The position numbers and the translations under genes are program-made. This document shows positions 1-8,923 of a stretch of DNA of 64,000 nt, in pieces; positions within the stretch are counted from its first letter, which is position 1; every line of letters begins with the position of its first letter. Location: the IMG/VR virus record IMGVR_UViG_3300012988_000001, positions 186,001 through 250,000 of that record, one strand, 5' to 3'. The notes beneath the pieces are model-generated. The model had not been told where the DNA came from. It worked only from the letters and a program-made list of their open reading frames with translations, and did no database searches.

Positions 1-1
1 T

Positions 2-1279
2 GAACAATATGACCAACAGCTTCAAACCAACAAAGTGTTAGTGCTAAACAAGATTAATGAGCTAAAAGCTATTGATATTAGTGCGGAATTAGCATTACAT
101 GAAGAATTAGATGTGTGGTATCAATTAGAAGGTATTCTAAAACAAAATACCAGTACTAAAGTGTTCAAAACACAGACTATCAAACAAACTGAGTCTGAAT
201 TAGTACGCTTGAATGATTCCCTCACTAAAGAATACAACAAATTGAAAACAATTGAAGATAGCAAATGTCCAATGTGTGATGGTGAATTGAAAAATGACCA
301 TAATCATTCAGAAATGATTGTTAAAATAAAAGATACAATTGAGGATTTATCTTCTCAGATATTACAAGCGGAATATAACATTTCTGTTATCACTGAAGAG
401 ATTGATGACCTTGAAATTTTTGAAATGCCACCCAAACCAGTGACTAAGTACAGTACTCTAGCAGAAGCTAAACTTCATGAGCACATGTTAGCTGAGAATA
501 CAGCGAAATATGAAGCAGAAGAAGTGAATATCTATGACGAGGAACTAATCAGTACTTATACTGAGTTGGAAGGAACTGAATTGAAGGAATATGACGTAGT
601 ATTCAGTACTCATGAAGTACAGCAGCTTGAAATGAAGTATAAGTCCCTAAAGGAACAATTACAGCGTGAAGAAAGTAATGCTAACCCATATTTCGACCAA
701 ATTGAGACATTGAAGACTGATTCATTGCAGGTTGTAGACTATAGTCTATATAATGAGATGGAAAAGCTAGCTACACACCAAGATTTCTTGGTTAAGCTAT
801 TACTCAATAAAGATTCTTATGTTCGTAAGCGTATTATCGAGCAAAACATCACATTCTTGAATAGTAGATTACAATTCTACATCGAGCAATGTGACTCTGA
901 ACACTTTGTGAAGTTCATGAACGACCTAAGTGTTGAGATTACCCTAAATGATCAGTCCTATGACTACAAGCAATTGTCTCGTGGGGAGCGTACACGTGTA
1001 AACGTGGCCTTGTCATTGGCATTTAGAGACACTTATGAGTCATTATACCAAGGAATCAACCTTATCATGATTGATGAGATGATTGATGTGGGTCTAGATC
1101 CGTCTGGTATCACTCGTATGTGGACAATCTTTGCTGATTTAGCAGTAATTCAGCGTAAAAACGTCTTTGTTATCTCTCATAAAGAGGAATTACTAAGTAA
1201 GACGGACAATATCTTGAAGATTGTCAAAGAAGATGGTTTTAGTACTATCGAATATTCATCACTTGATGACATGTTTTAA
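2..1279 (+). CDS. SbcC/Rad50-like recombination ATPase (T4 gp46-like), 5' part outside window
   Basis: Frame open to window edge; CxxC zinc hook (CPMC), coiled coil, ABC signature LSRGE, Walker B IMIDE, ISH H-loop. Confidence 0.93.
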   Translation, partial: EQYDQQLQTNKVLVLNKINELKAIDISAELALHEELDVWYQLEGILKQNTSTKVFKTQTIKQTESELVRLNDSLTKEYNKLKTIEDSKCPMCDGELKNDHNHSEMIVKIKDTIEDLSSQILQAEYNISVITEEIDDLEIFEMPPKPVTKYSTLAEAKLHEHMLAENTAKYEAEEVNIYDEELISTYTELEGTELKEYDVVFSTHEVQQLEMKYKSLKEQLQREESNANPYFDQIETLKTDSLQVVDYSLYNEMEKLATHQDFLVKLLLNKDSYVRKRIIEQNITFLNSRLQFYIEQCDSEHFVKFMNDLSVEITLNDQSYDYKQLSRGERTRVNVALSLAFRDTYESLYQGINLIMIDEMIDVGLDPSGITRMWTIFADLAVIQRKNVFVISHKEELLSKTDNILKIVKEDGFSTIEYSSLDDMF

Positions 1280-1284
1280 AAACT

Positions 1285-1310
1285 AAAGGGAGCATTAGCT
1301 CCCTTTTTTT
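1285..1310. terminator. bidirectional intrinsic terminator
   Basis: AAAGGGAGC-atta-GCTCCCTTTTTTT between convergent genes. Confidence 0.85.
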
Positions 1311-1789
1311 ATATTAAGCATATCCAGCTTACCTTCTTTTATTAATTTACGAGCTTGATTGGCTCTTTTCTTAACATTACTCTCTGGAACAACGCCAAAT
1401 GACTCTAAAATGTCGCATTGTTGTTTAGCAGGTAGTGCTTTATACTTTTTAACATCAACTGATAGTGCTGTATGATGAATTACCATCTCTTCTTCAGGGA
1501 TAGATCCGTTTCTCTCTAAGTAATCTGCTAAATTTCTTAGTACTTCATAAAGTGGCTTATCAGTTAAGTGTTTCATGTACCTATTAAAGCTGTTAGTTAC
1601 TTTCCCTTCCCATGCGTTGCATTCATTTTGTAATACTTCACGACAATGCTGGTGGCCTTGGTGATAGTGATCAAGTACTGGTTTGGTAATTACTTCTTTT
1701 GTGATTGGATCTATGCCATTCTGCTTTTTCAGCAAATCGTTACGGTACTTTGCCGCATCCTTTGCATCCTTTAATCGTTTTTTACTCAT
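1295..1789 (-). CDS. recombination endonuclease VII-like (T4 gp49-like)
   Basis: LDHxH...CNAWEGK matches the Endo VII His-Me core (DH, N, E). Confidence 0.8.
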   Translation of the reverse strand: MSKKRLKDAKDAAKYRNDLLKKQNGIDPITKEVITKPVLDHYHQGHQHCREVLQNECNAWEGKVTNSFNRYMKHLTDKPLYEVLRNLADYLERNGSIPEEEMVIHHTALSVDVKKYKALPAKQQCDILESFGVVPESNVKKRANQARKLIKEGKLDMLNIKKGS

Positions 1790-1832
1790 AATAGTACTTC
1801 CTTAAAATAATTATTATGTAGTATTTACATTT

Positions 1833-1863
1833 TTGGGACAAAACCAGTTTTATGTCCTATAAT
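1833..1863 (+). promoter_or_regulatory. phage TTGGGACA-class promoter
   Basis: TTGGGACA-17nt-TATAAT; no ORF downstream. Confidence 0.8.
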
Positions 1864-1867
1864 ATAG

Positions 1868-2317
1868 TTAACCCAGTGTGGAGGCGTCAGCCTACGAATG
1901 AATCCTGATCCTATCGAAAATGTAGATGGCAGATGAGCAGACCACACGTGCGAAGTGCAGAAGAAACCCGTTAGGAGTTGGCATAGTTAATACCACCCAC
2001 GGCAATACGGCACTATAAACGAGCGTGTTAGACAGATTGACGCTTGCTAGATAGATATATGAGGGACACCTGACCACACTTGTTAAGGGAGTTCAATTTA
2101 AGGCTAGCTATAGTTGCGTCTTGAATTTGGACAACATTAAGATTCGATTGTATGGATTTTAATGTGAGCGTACTAAGACTACGACCGTTGCACATGACAG
2201 TGATAGAGAGAAACAGAGCAACCCGCTTTCGTTCTAGATTATCTAGAAATTCACTATACAATAATTCCGATGCTATCAGCGTCAAGCAATATTCAGATCC
2301 TTAATTGGGTCTTTTTT
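1868..2317 (+). ncRNA. candidate large structured non-coding RNA (or origin primer RNA)
   Basis: Own promoter and terminator, no + strand ORF of 60 aa or more, multiple nested helices and a long-range pairing. Confidence 0.6.
2295..2317 (+). terminator. intrinsic terminator
   Basis: AGATCC-ttaatt-GGGTCT then T-run. Confidence 0.65.
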
Positions 2318-2518
2318 ATTGTCTTCATTCCCCTGCGGGGGGATGAAATTGCCTCAACAAATCTCGTCAAGATATAAAGTACAATAACAATAAGTAACGA
2401 ATTGAGATAATGAATAACGAACGAAGTGAGTTATGAAGTATCGATAATTCTTAGACAATCGTAGATTGGCTAATCAAACAAGTTAGATAAGAATAAATTC
2501 CTATCAAAATTAGAATAC

Positions 2519-2541
2519 AAAAAAACCAGCTAAAAAGCTGG
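2519..2541 (-). terminator. intrinsic terminator after the frameshift extension
   Basis: Minus strand CCAGCT-tttt-AGCTGG-TTTTTTT immediately after the TAA at 2545-2543. Confidence 0.8.
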
Positions 2542-2542
2542 C

Positions 2543-2761
2543 TTATTGTTTGTTTTCTTTAGTTACCTTTTTGTTGTATGCACGAACCAGAAGATCACGT
2601 TCATTTGTAGGCATGTTAAGTAGCATCTCATAATTGGTATTAGTGATATACGCTGCTATTTCTGCAAGTGATGACTTTATCTCCTTGACATTCAGTTCCA
2701 TATCACTAATGACCTTGCTTATTTCTTCTGGCTTTGAGATGAGAAGCTGTATCCGAAAAAA
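2543..2761 (-). CDS. -1 frame extension of the gp26-like gene (gp51-like segment), 70 aa
   Basis: Open frame RIQLLISKPEEI...YEMLLNMPTNERDLLVRAYNKKVTKENKQ starts at slippery T TTT TTC and ends just before a terminator; missed by the ORF track. Confidence 0.75.
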   Translation of the reverse strand, partial: FFRIQLLISKPEEISKVISDMELNVKEIKSSLAEIAAYITNTNYEMLLNMPTNERDLLVRAYNKKVTKENKQ

Positions 2762-3594
2762 TGTGTAGGATCATATTTCAATCCAGTAATTGTCCATTCA
2801 TGCGAACACTCTGAACATTGCACATCCATTTCATGACTAATCCCAACTTCTTGGATTTTGTCAGTCTCGTCACGAACTTCTTTAAGTGTTGCTTTAGGTA
2901 GCGAACTTACCCATTCTGAAATAAATTCTTTTTCTACTACTTCTGTTCCATCAGGTGTATCAATTTTTTCAATACTATCAACAATCATATCAAAGTTTAG
3001 TTGAGTCATTGCTTCAAACACTTCTGTGAACAATTTCTTCTTCTGTTCAACAACTTCGTCCGAATCACCTTCCAACATATCAATGTATTCTGATTTCTTT
3101 TGTTCTTGGAACATACGTTGACTAAAGTCGCTATATTCATTCCATGTATAAGGTTTAAAATACACTTTTAGACCATTAGAAAGTTCTAGAGATGGTTGTT
3201 CACTAAAATAACTCATGCTATCTAGTAGTACTTGAAGATCTCGACTAAAAGCACCTTCATGACTGCAATGAGGGCAGGTTGTTTGAATTTCGTAGTCTTC
3301 TTCCTTGGATGCCACTTTAATCGCAATTAAAAGTTGCTCAACATCGTTAACATAAAGACCACCAGCATCATTAACACCCGGCACACAGTTCTCGATAACA
3401 CGAATTACGGCCTCTCCACTAATTAATGCATCAGGTGTGTTTAGCATGATCTCATCACGTGCTGCACGAGCACATACTCCAAGTTTAATTTTTTCAACAA
3501 CATCTTTATTGTACTTAATGATATTGTTAGAAGCTAGTTTTACAAAGATTTCTTCAATCTTAGTGTACTGGGCTAAAGGGTTCATCTTACTCAT
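2719..3594 (-). CDS. baseplate hub / tail assembly protein (T4 gp26-like)
   Basis: N-terminal NPLxxY, two CxxC (CPHC, CSEC), next to tape-measure-like gene. Confidence 0.7.
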   Translation of the reverse strand: MSKMNPLAQYTKIEEIFVKLASNNIIKYNKDVVEKIKLGVCARAARDEIMLNTPDALISGEAVIRVIENCVPGVNDAGGLYVNDVEQLLIAIKVASKEEDYEIQTTCPHCSHEGAFSRDLQVLLDSMSYFSEQPSLELSNGLKVYFKPYTWNEYSDFSQRMFQEQKKSEYIDMLEGDSDEVVEQKKKLFTEVFEAMTQLNFDMIVDSIEKIDTPDGTEVVEKEFISEWVSSLPKATLKEVRDETDKIQEVGISHEMDVQCSECSHEWTITGLKYDPTHFFGYSFSSQSQKK

Positions 3595-3608
3595 AGGGAC
3601 TCCATATA

Positions 3609-3615
3609 ATAAATA
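3609..3615 (+). promoter_or_regulatory. T4-like late promoter
   Basis: ATAAATA upstream of tape-measure-like gene. Confidence 0.55.
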
Positions 3616-3629
3616 ATTCTATATAATTT

Positions 3630-3637
3630 TATTTATA
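3630..3637 (-). promoter_or_regulatory. T4-like late promoter
   Basis: TATAAATA on minus strand upstream of gp26-like gene. Confidence 0.65.
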
Positions 3638-3641
3638 AGGA

Positions 3642-5861
3642 ATGTATATGGCAATTGATAACAGTTTCCTTCTTCAACAAATATTGACGGAGCAAACGAA
3701 AAGTAATGATAATATGTCTGCCATGCGTGAAATTTTAGCTGATAGCTTAAAAGTTCAAATCCAGATTGCCAAGAAACAAAGTGGCGGCAGCGGAAACGGA
3801 AATGGTGGTAATCCACCACGGACGGATGGCAATGGCAACCCAGATAGACGAAGAAGACCCCCAGCAAATGCTGGGAAAGATATCTTTAAAAATCTCTTCA
3901 AGGAAATGAATAATTTCACCAGAACAACCATTGGGAATAATGCCACAGCAGCGAACGTAGTAGGCTCTCTAGGGACTTCTGTATCATCAGTGGCTGGTTC
4001 TCTAAAAATGATTCCCGGCCCCGTAGGGCTTGCGGCAAACGCATTCTCGATGATCGTTGATGCGGGTATGGCTGTCTATAACTATATGAATGAACAACTC
4101 CAGATGTATAACCAGCTAAACAGTGCAGGTTTGACATTGCGTGATGGTATGCTAACTGCACGTGCTGCAAGTTCCAAATCATTTATGAGTCTAAACGAAT
4201 TTAGTTCAGCCTTAGAGAAGAACAGCGGTGCATTAGCAGCGATGGATGGTCAGTATGGTGATGGTGTACAATACTTCTCACAACTAATGGGTTCTGTCAC
4301 CGAGTTACAACGTGTAAATGGCCTTTATGGTGTATCTCAACAACAATTAGCAGATCTTGCAGCTAAAAACTTCAAATACAATAAACTATATTCTTCACAA
4401 GATGCATTGCGTAGTATAAACCAACAGCAAAGTACTACAGAATTTGTAACACAAATGACATATCTAAGTAAAACTGTCGGTAAGTCAGTCGATGAGCTAT
4501 TGGGTAAATTTGATTCTATGGGCGACACACTTGATAGTACTGTATCACAATTTGCAATGACTGATAACTGGGGTGTAGATCCAGATAAAGCAGCGGAAGT
4601 GACTAAATCTATGAATAGTGTTTATTCTAGTATGGGTGAAACCGGAGCAATACTTCAAAAGATTAACGCATCTAGATTATCATTATTCTCATTACCAGAT
4701 GAGTATAATAACAACTTTATGCAAAGTTATGCTGATATGATGGAACAATTACAACGGGAAGGTGTAACTGATGCCAAAGAAATTCGTGAACGTATGCATA
4801 ATTTCACAGTTCAGCACCAAGATCAATTGGAACAAGAATTAATAGCACAACAACGTAGTGGAAATATTCAAGCAGCAGCGTTATTGACACAAATTAGAAA
4901 CCAAGAAAAACTCTTCAATGAAAGCAACACTAAAACTAATGCACAACTTGAAGCATATACAAATAATTTCAATATATGGATTAGTAAAACATTTACTCAA
5001 CCATTTAATGAAATGTATACCAAAATGCAATTGGGTGCTATGAAGTACTTAAGTGATCTAGCAGATCGTAGTGATGGTGCATTTGACTTTTTAGCTAATA
5101 TGGCAACTGATGCATACAAATATTTCAACGATAATGTGATTGGAATGTTTGGAGTACTAACTGATTTACCGGGTCAATTGGGTTCATTAATATTTGGTGA
5201 ACAATTTGACAATGTTAAAGCTGCATATAATGACTTTATGGGTGATTTGGTGCAAATTCCTGCTCGTTTAGGTTCATTAGTATGGGATTGGCTAACTGGT
5301 AGTGATATGTCTAAATCCAAAGAACAATTAAAAGGTACAGTTGATAATATTTTTGCAGATTATGATAAATTCTGGAAAAGTATTGGAGATATGAAGTTTA
5401 ATTATGATGATATGAAGACTAGAATTTCAGATGCATTCAATAGTATGAAGAAATCAATAGCTGGCTGGTGGGATACTGCGAAGGGATGGTTTAGTAGTGA
5501 TGATCCAGTACCTGCTGAAGCGAAACAAACTTCAAAAAACGGCGTCCCGGCGACAATAAATACAAATACTAATCAGGTACAACAACAGGCACAGGTTATT
5601 GCACAAAATAAACCTCAAGCTCCCCCAGTGGTAGCCGAACCGCCTAGTAAAATGCCCGAACGTATTTCAGAAGAAGCTAAAAAGAAAGATGACCAACCGA
5701 CAAATCCTATACAACCACCATTGGTAAATTACGATGAGTCAATCCTAGCAACATTAAAAGCTATATCTGGATCTTTAGATTCTAATAATAGTAATACTCA
5801 ACAGCTAGCTCAACTTCTTCGTCAAATTTCGGAGAACACCGAAGCACAACGCCAAACTTAA
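3642..5861 (+). CDS. tape-measure / baseplate hub protein (gp29-like)
   Basis: 739 aa helical, Ala/Gln/Ser-rich, periodic W/F in C-terminal half; beside gp26-like and portal genes. Confidence 0.6.
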   Translation: MYMAIDNSFLLQQILTEQTKSNDNMSAMREILADSLKVQIQIAKKQSGGSGNGNGGNPPRTDGNGNPDRRRRPPANAGKDIFKNLFKEMNNFTRTTIGNNATAANVVGSLGTSVSSVAGSLKMIPGPVGLAANAFSMIVDAGMAVYNYMNEQLQMYNQLNSAGLTLRDGMLTARAASSKSFMSLNEFSSALEKNSGALAAMDGQYGDGVQYFSQLMGSVTELQRVNGLYGVSQQQLADLAAKNFKYNKLYSSQDALRSINQQQSTTEFVTQMTYLSKTVGKSVDELLGKFDSMGDTLDSTVSQFAMTDNWGVDPDKAAEVTKSMNSVYSSMGETGAILQKINASRLSLFSLPDEYNNNFMQSYADMMEQLQREGVTDAKEIRERMHNFTVQHQDQLEQELIAQQRSGNIQAAALLTQIRNQEKLFNESNTKTNAQLEAYTNNFNIWISKTFTQPFNEMYTKMQLGAMKYLSDLADRSDGAFDFLANMATDAYKYFNDNVIGMFGVLTDLPGQLGSLIFGEQFDNVKAAYNDFMGDLVQIPARLGSLVWDWLTGSDMSKSKEQLKGTVDNIFADYDKFWKSIGDMKFNYDDMKTRISDAFNSMKKSIAGWWDTAKGWFSSDDPVPAEAKQTSKNGVPATINTNTNQVQQQAQVIAQNKPQAPPVVAEPPSKMPERISEEAKKKDDQPTNPIQPPLVNYDESILATLKAISGSLDSNNSNTQQLAQLLRQISENTEAQRQT

Positions 5862-5876
5862 TTGGAGAATTAATTA

Positions 5877-7622
5877 ATGAGTTGGACTAAATTTATGACA
5901 ACAGCGAGGTCGAAAGTATCGACCTCCAAAATAGAGCAAAGCAAAAGTCCTTCAAAGACAACTGGCTCTAAGTCGAATTACGCGTCATATTTGCCAGTAG
6001 TATATACTGGCTTATCTAACCGTACTGATCGATACAGACAATATGAACAAATGGACCAAGATCCTGAAATTAGAACTGCTCTTGATATTATCGCAGATTT
6101 TTGTACTCAAAGCGTTGAGGATTATGGTCTACCATTTAAAATTCGCTACAAAGATAATAGCATTGGTGATTCGGAAGTAACAACTTTAGAAGACCGTCTA
6201 GAATCATGGGCTGAACAAAATGATTTCAAAACTCGAATTTATGAAATTGTACGTGGACTTCTTAAGTACGGCGATCAATTCTTTATTCGTGACCCAGAAA
6301 CAATGGAATGGATTTGGGTATCACCTGCAAACGTAGAAGGTGTATTCGTCAACGAAGAAACTGGTAAAAATCCAGTTGCTTACTTTATTCGTGACGTTTC
6401 TTATAATATGCAGGATAAAATTTTCACAAACCTTCAAATAGGATATGACAAAATGGCATATCCGGGTACTATGCCAAACGCATTAGCAGGTTCTGCTAGT
6501 CAATTTGGTGGTATCGGTGGTGGTTATGCTAATGCTAGTAATGCTAACAGTGCAGACCCATTTAGTATGGCTGCTGGACGTAAAGATGTTATTCCAGTTG
6601 CAGCAGAACACGTTGTTCACTTAACTTTAAATACCGGACAAGACCCAGTATGGCCTTTCGGTACTAGTATTCTTGAATATATCTTTAAAGTATATAAACA
6701 AAAAGAATTACTAGAAGACAGTATCATCATTTATCGTGTACAACGTGCTCCAGAGCGTCGTGTATTCAAAATTGATGTTGGTGAAATGCAAACTCACCAA
6801 GCAATGGCATATGTTGAACGTTTCAAAAACGAAATCCACCAGCGTCGTATACCTTCTAATAAAGGTGGCAGTACTTCACTAATGGATGCAGCATATAACC
6901 CACTTAGTATTTTAGAAGACTATTTCTTCCCTCAAAGTTCTGAAGGTCGTGGTAGTTCTGTAGAAACATTACCGGGTGGTGATAACTTAGGTCAGATTGA
7001 CGACTTGCGTTATTTTAACAACAAATTAATTCGTGGTCTACAAATTCCAGCATCTTATCTTCCACAAGGTCCAGATGATGGTGGTGTAGCGTTATTTGGT
7101 GATGGTGCGACACAAGCTATGGCTAGTGAATTGCGTTTCAATAACCAATGTCAACGTTATCAACGTTTAATTGCGAAAGTATTTGATATGGAATTTAAAC
7201 GCTTCATGGTTAAAAGCGGTTATAGTATTAGTGCTTCATCCTTTGAAGTAATCTTCAATCCACCAATTAACTTTGCTTCTTATCGTAAAGCAGAATTGGA
7301 TGCGAAACTTATTAATACTTACATGCCACTTGATAGCTTAAGTTATATGTCTAAACAAACCATCCTTAAGAAAATGGGATTCGAACAAAGCGATATCGTA
7401 GAGAACGAACAAAATTGGCTCAAGGAAAATCCAGATGCAATGGAAAAACAAGCTGCTTCTGATGAAGCTGGATTACAATCTGTCGGTATTGATGCACCTA
7501 ACGATCCGGGTATGGATTTAGGCATGGATGAAGACGGTAATATGGAAAGTGCTGATAAAGAGTTCCAAGATATGGTTGGAAACAATGATTTTAACCCGAA
7601 TAATTTAGGTTCTTCTTTCTAA
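5877..7622 (+). CDS. portal protein (T4 gp20-like)
   Basis: LEDSIIIYRVQRAPERRVFKIDVG, EDYFFP, GSSVETLPGG, IDDLRYF motifs. Confidence 0.96.
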   Translation: MSWTKFMTTARSKVSTSKIEQSKSPSKTTGSKSNYASYLPVVYTGLSNRTDRYRQYEQMDQDPEIRTALDIIADFCTQSVEDYGLPFKIRYKDNSIGDSEVTTLEDRLESWAEQNDFKTRIYEIVRGLLKYGDQFFIRDPETMEWIWVSPANVEGVFVNEETGKNPVAYFIRDVSYNMQDKIFTNLQIGYDKMAYPGTMPNALAGSASQFGGIGGGYANASNANSADPFSMAAGRKDVIPVAAEHVVHLTLNTGQDPVWPFGTSILEYIFKVYKQKELLEDSIIIYRVQRAPERRVFKIDVGEMQTHQAMAYVERFKNEIHQRRIPSNKGGSTSLMDAAYNPLSILEDYFFPQSSEGRGSSVETLPGGDNLGQIDDLRYFNNKLIRGLQIPASYLPQGPDDGGVALFGDGATQAMASELRFNNQCQRYQRLIAKVFDMEFKRFMVKSGYSISASSFEVIFNPPINFASYRKAELDAKLINTYMPLDSLSYMSKQTILKKMGFEQSDIVENEQNWLKENPDAMEKQAASDEAGLQSVGIDAPNDPGMDLGMDEDGNMESADKEFQDMVGNNDFNPNNLGSSF

Positions 7623-7685
7623 GACTAAATAACAATGATTAATTCACTTCTCGTACCGGGAAGTGAATACATCAGGAGAATGTAT

Positions 7686-7925
7686 ATGTTAAACGAACTA
7701 TTTGAATCAAGAAATGATTCAATGTACGACCCAGAAGACGATCAAACAGTGTATAAACTAACTGATACTCGTAAACCAAAATTAACTTTGAAAGTACTAA
7801 ACAATTTACGTAAGTACCGTGAATTTAAAGCTAATGAAGTTGAAAAACGAGCACAGGTAGTGGCTGTAGTTTATGCCAAACCCGCTGATGATGCTGGCGG
7901 TGGTGATATGGGCGGCTTAATGTAG
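7686..7925 (+). CDS. small prohead-associated protein
   Basis: AGGAG SD favours start at MLNELFES; between portal and core genes. Confidence 0.6.
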   Translation: MLNELFESRNDSMYDPEDDQTVYKLTDTRKPKLTLKVLNNLRKYREFKANEVEKRAQVVAVVYAKPADDAGGGDMGGLM

Positions 7926-7971
7926 AAAATTCCGCTTTTAAAGCTCTTTTTGAAAGAGGAATTTTAGTACT

Positions 7972-7979
7972 TATAAATA
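7972..7979 (+). promoter_or_regulatory. T4-like late promoter
   Basis: TATAAATA. Confidence 0.7.
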
Positions 7980-8025
7980 ATAGCATACTTAATTTAAAAA
8001 ATTTGTATATCTTTTGGAGGATATA

Positions 8026-8889
8026 ATGGCTAACAAAAAACTATTGCAAGAAGCTATTCAGGCTTTTGCTAACAACGAACAAGATCTTGCTGCTAAGAAA
8101 ATGCGTAAGTATTTCCTAGAAGCTGCACAAGAGATCAATAAAGAACTCGAAGAAGCTATGGAAGAAGAAGATTGTGATCTATCTGAAGCTGACGAAGTTG
8201 AAGATGAAGAAGTAATTGAAGAAGATTTCAATACTGACCCATCACAAGGTTTAACTGGTGAAATCCAATATGATCTATCTGAAGAAGATGAATCAGAAGA
8301 AGAAGTTGCTGAATTTGGTGCGGAAGATGGTGCTGATGGTGATGACTCTGAATTCGGTGCTGAAGAAGAAGTATCTGGTGATGTACCAAGTGGTGACGAA
8401 TGGGAATCTATCAAGGATGCATTTGCTGACCTAGAAGACCTATTTGACCGTATCGGCGGTGAAGAAGATTTTGATGTTGATGCAGAATCTGACGGCCTAG
8501 GTGATGGCGAAGAAGAAGTTGATTTCGACATGGATAAAGATGGCGAAGATGAATTTGCTGATGTAAGTTTCGGTGACGAAAAAGTTGGCGAAGGTTATAA
8601 AATGAAATCTGTTGCTAAACCATCTAACACTGCTGAAAAATCTAAATCTCCAGTTGCATCTAACGCTAAATCTCCAGTAGACGGCGTAGCACCTGTTAAG
8701 ATCAAAGACGGTACTGTTACCCTAAATGATGGTGACAAACTCAAAAATAAAGATGCGGAAACTGCTAAAGTTGACGACATGAACAACGTAATGGACAGTG
8801 CTAAAGGCATGATGAAAGACGCGAAAAAGCCTACTAATAAAGCTGAAAAATCCCGTTCTCCACTACCGAAAAACGCACCTAAATTTTAA
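8026..8889 (+). CDS. highly acidic prohead core/scaffold protein
   Basis: GGAGG SD before ATG 8026; D/E-rich middle, basic C-terminus; head gene cluster. Confidence 0.65.
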   Translation: MANKKLLQEAIQAFANNEQDLAAKKMRKYFLEAAQEINKELEEAMEEEDCDLSEADEVEDEEVIEEDFNTDPSQGLTGEIQYDLSEEDESEEEVAEFGAEDGADGDDSEFGAEEEVSGDVPSGDEWESIKDAFADLEDLFDRIGGEEDFDVDAESDGLGDGEEEVDFDMDKDGEDEFADVSFGDEKVGEGYKMKSVAKPSNTAEKSKSPVASNAKSPVDGVAPVKIKDGTVTLNDGDKLKNKDAETAKVDDMNNVMDSAKGMMKDAKKPTNKAEKSRSPLPKNAPKF

Positions 8890-8923
8890 TCATAAATAAA
8901 CAAAAGAAAGGAGATCATTAACT

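Noticed and set aside
1892-2285. Minus-strand ORFs of 61 and 85 aa
   Set aside because: No SD, atypical codons and composition; they are antisense to a promoter-terminator unit.
1868-2400. Group I intron, tmRNA, RNase P or tRNA identity for the structured region
   Set aside because: GACTA (2178) has no TAGTC partner for P7 and there are no flanking exons; no tRNA-like ends, CCA or T-loop stem; no GAGGAAAGUCC core.
8150-8590. GAAGAAGAT-like repeats as a tandem repeat or CRISPR array
   Set aside because: Low-complexity acidic coding sequence; no constant repeat-spacer period.
8058-8810. Ser-rich antisense ORFs and similar shadow ORFs across the window
   Set aside because: Mirror frames of biased real genes; no SD or promoter support.
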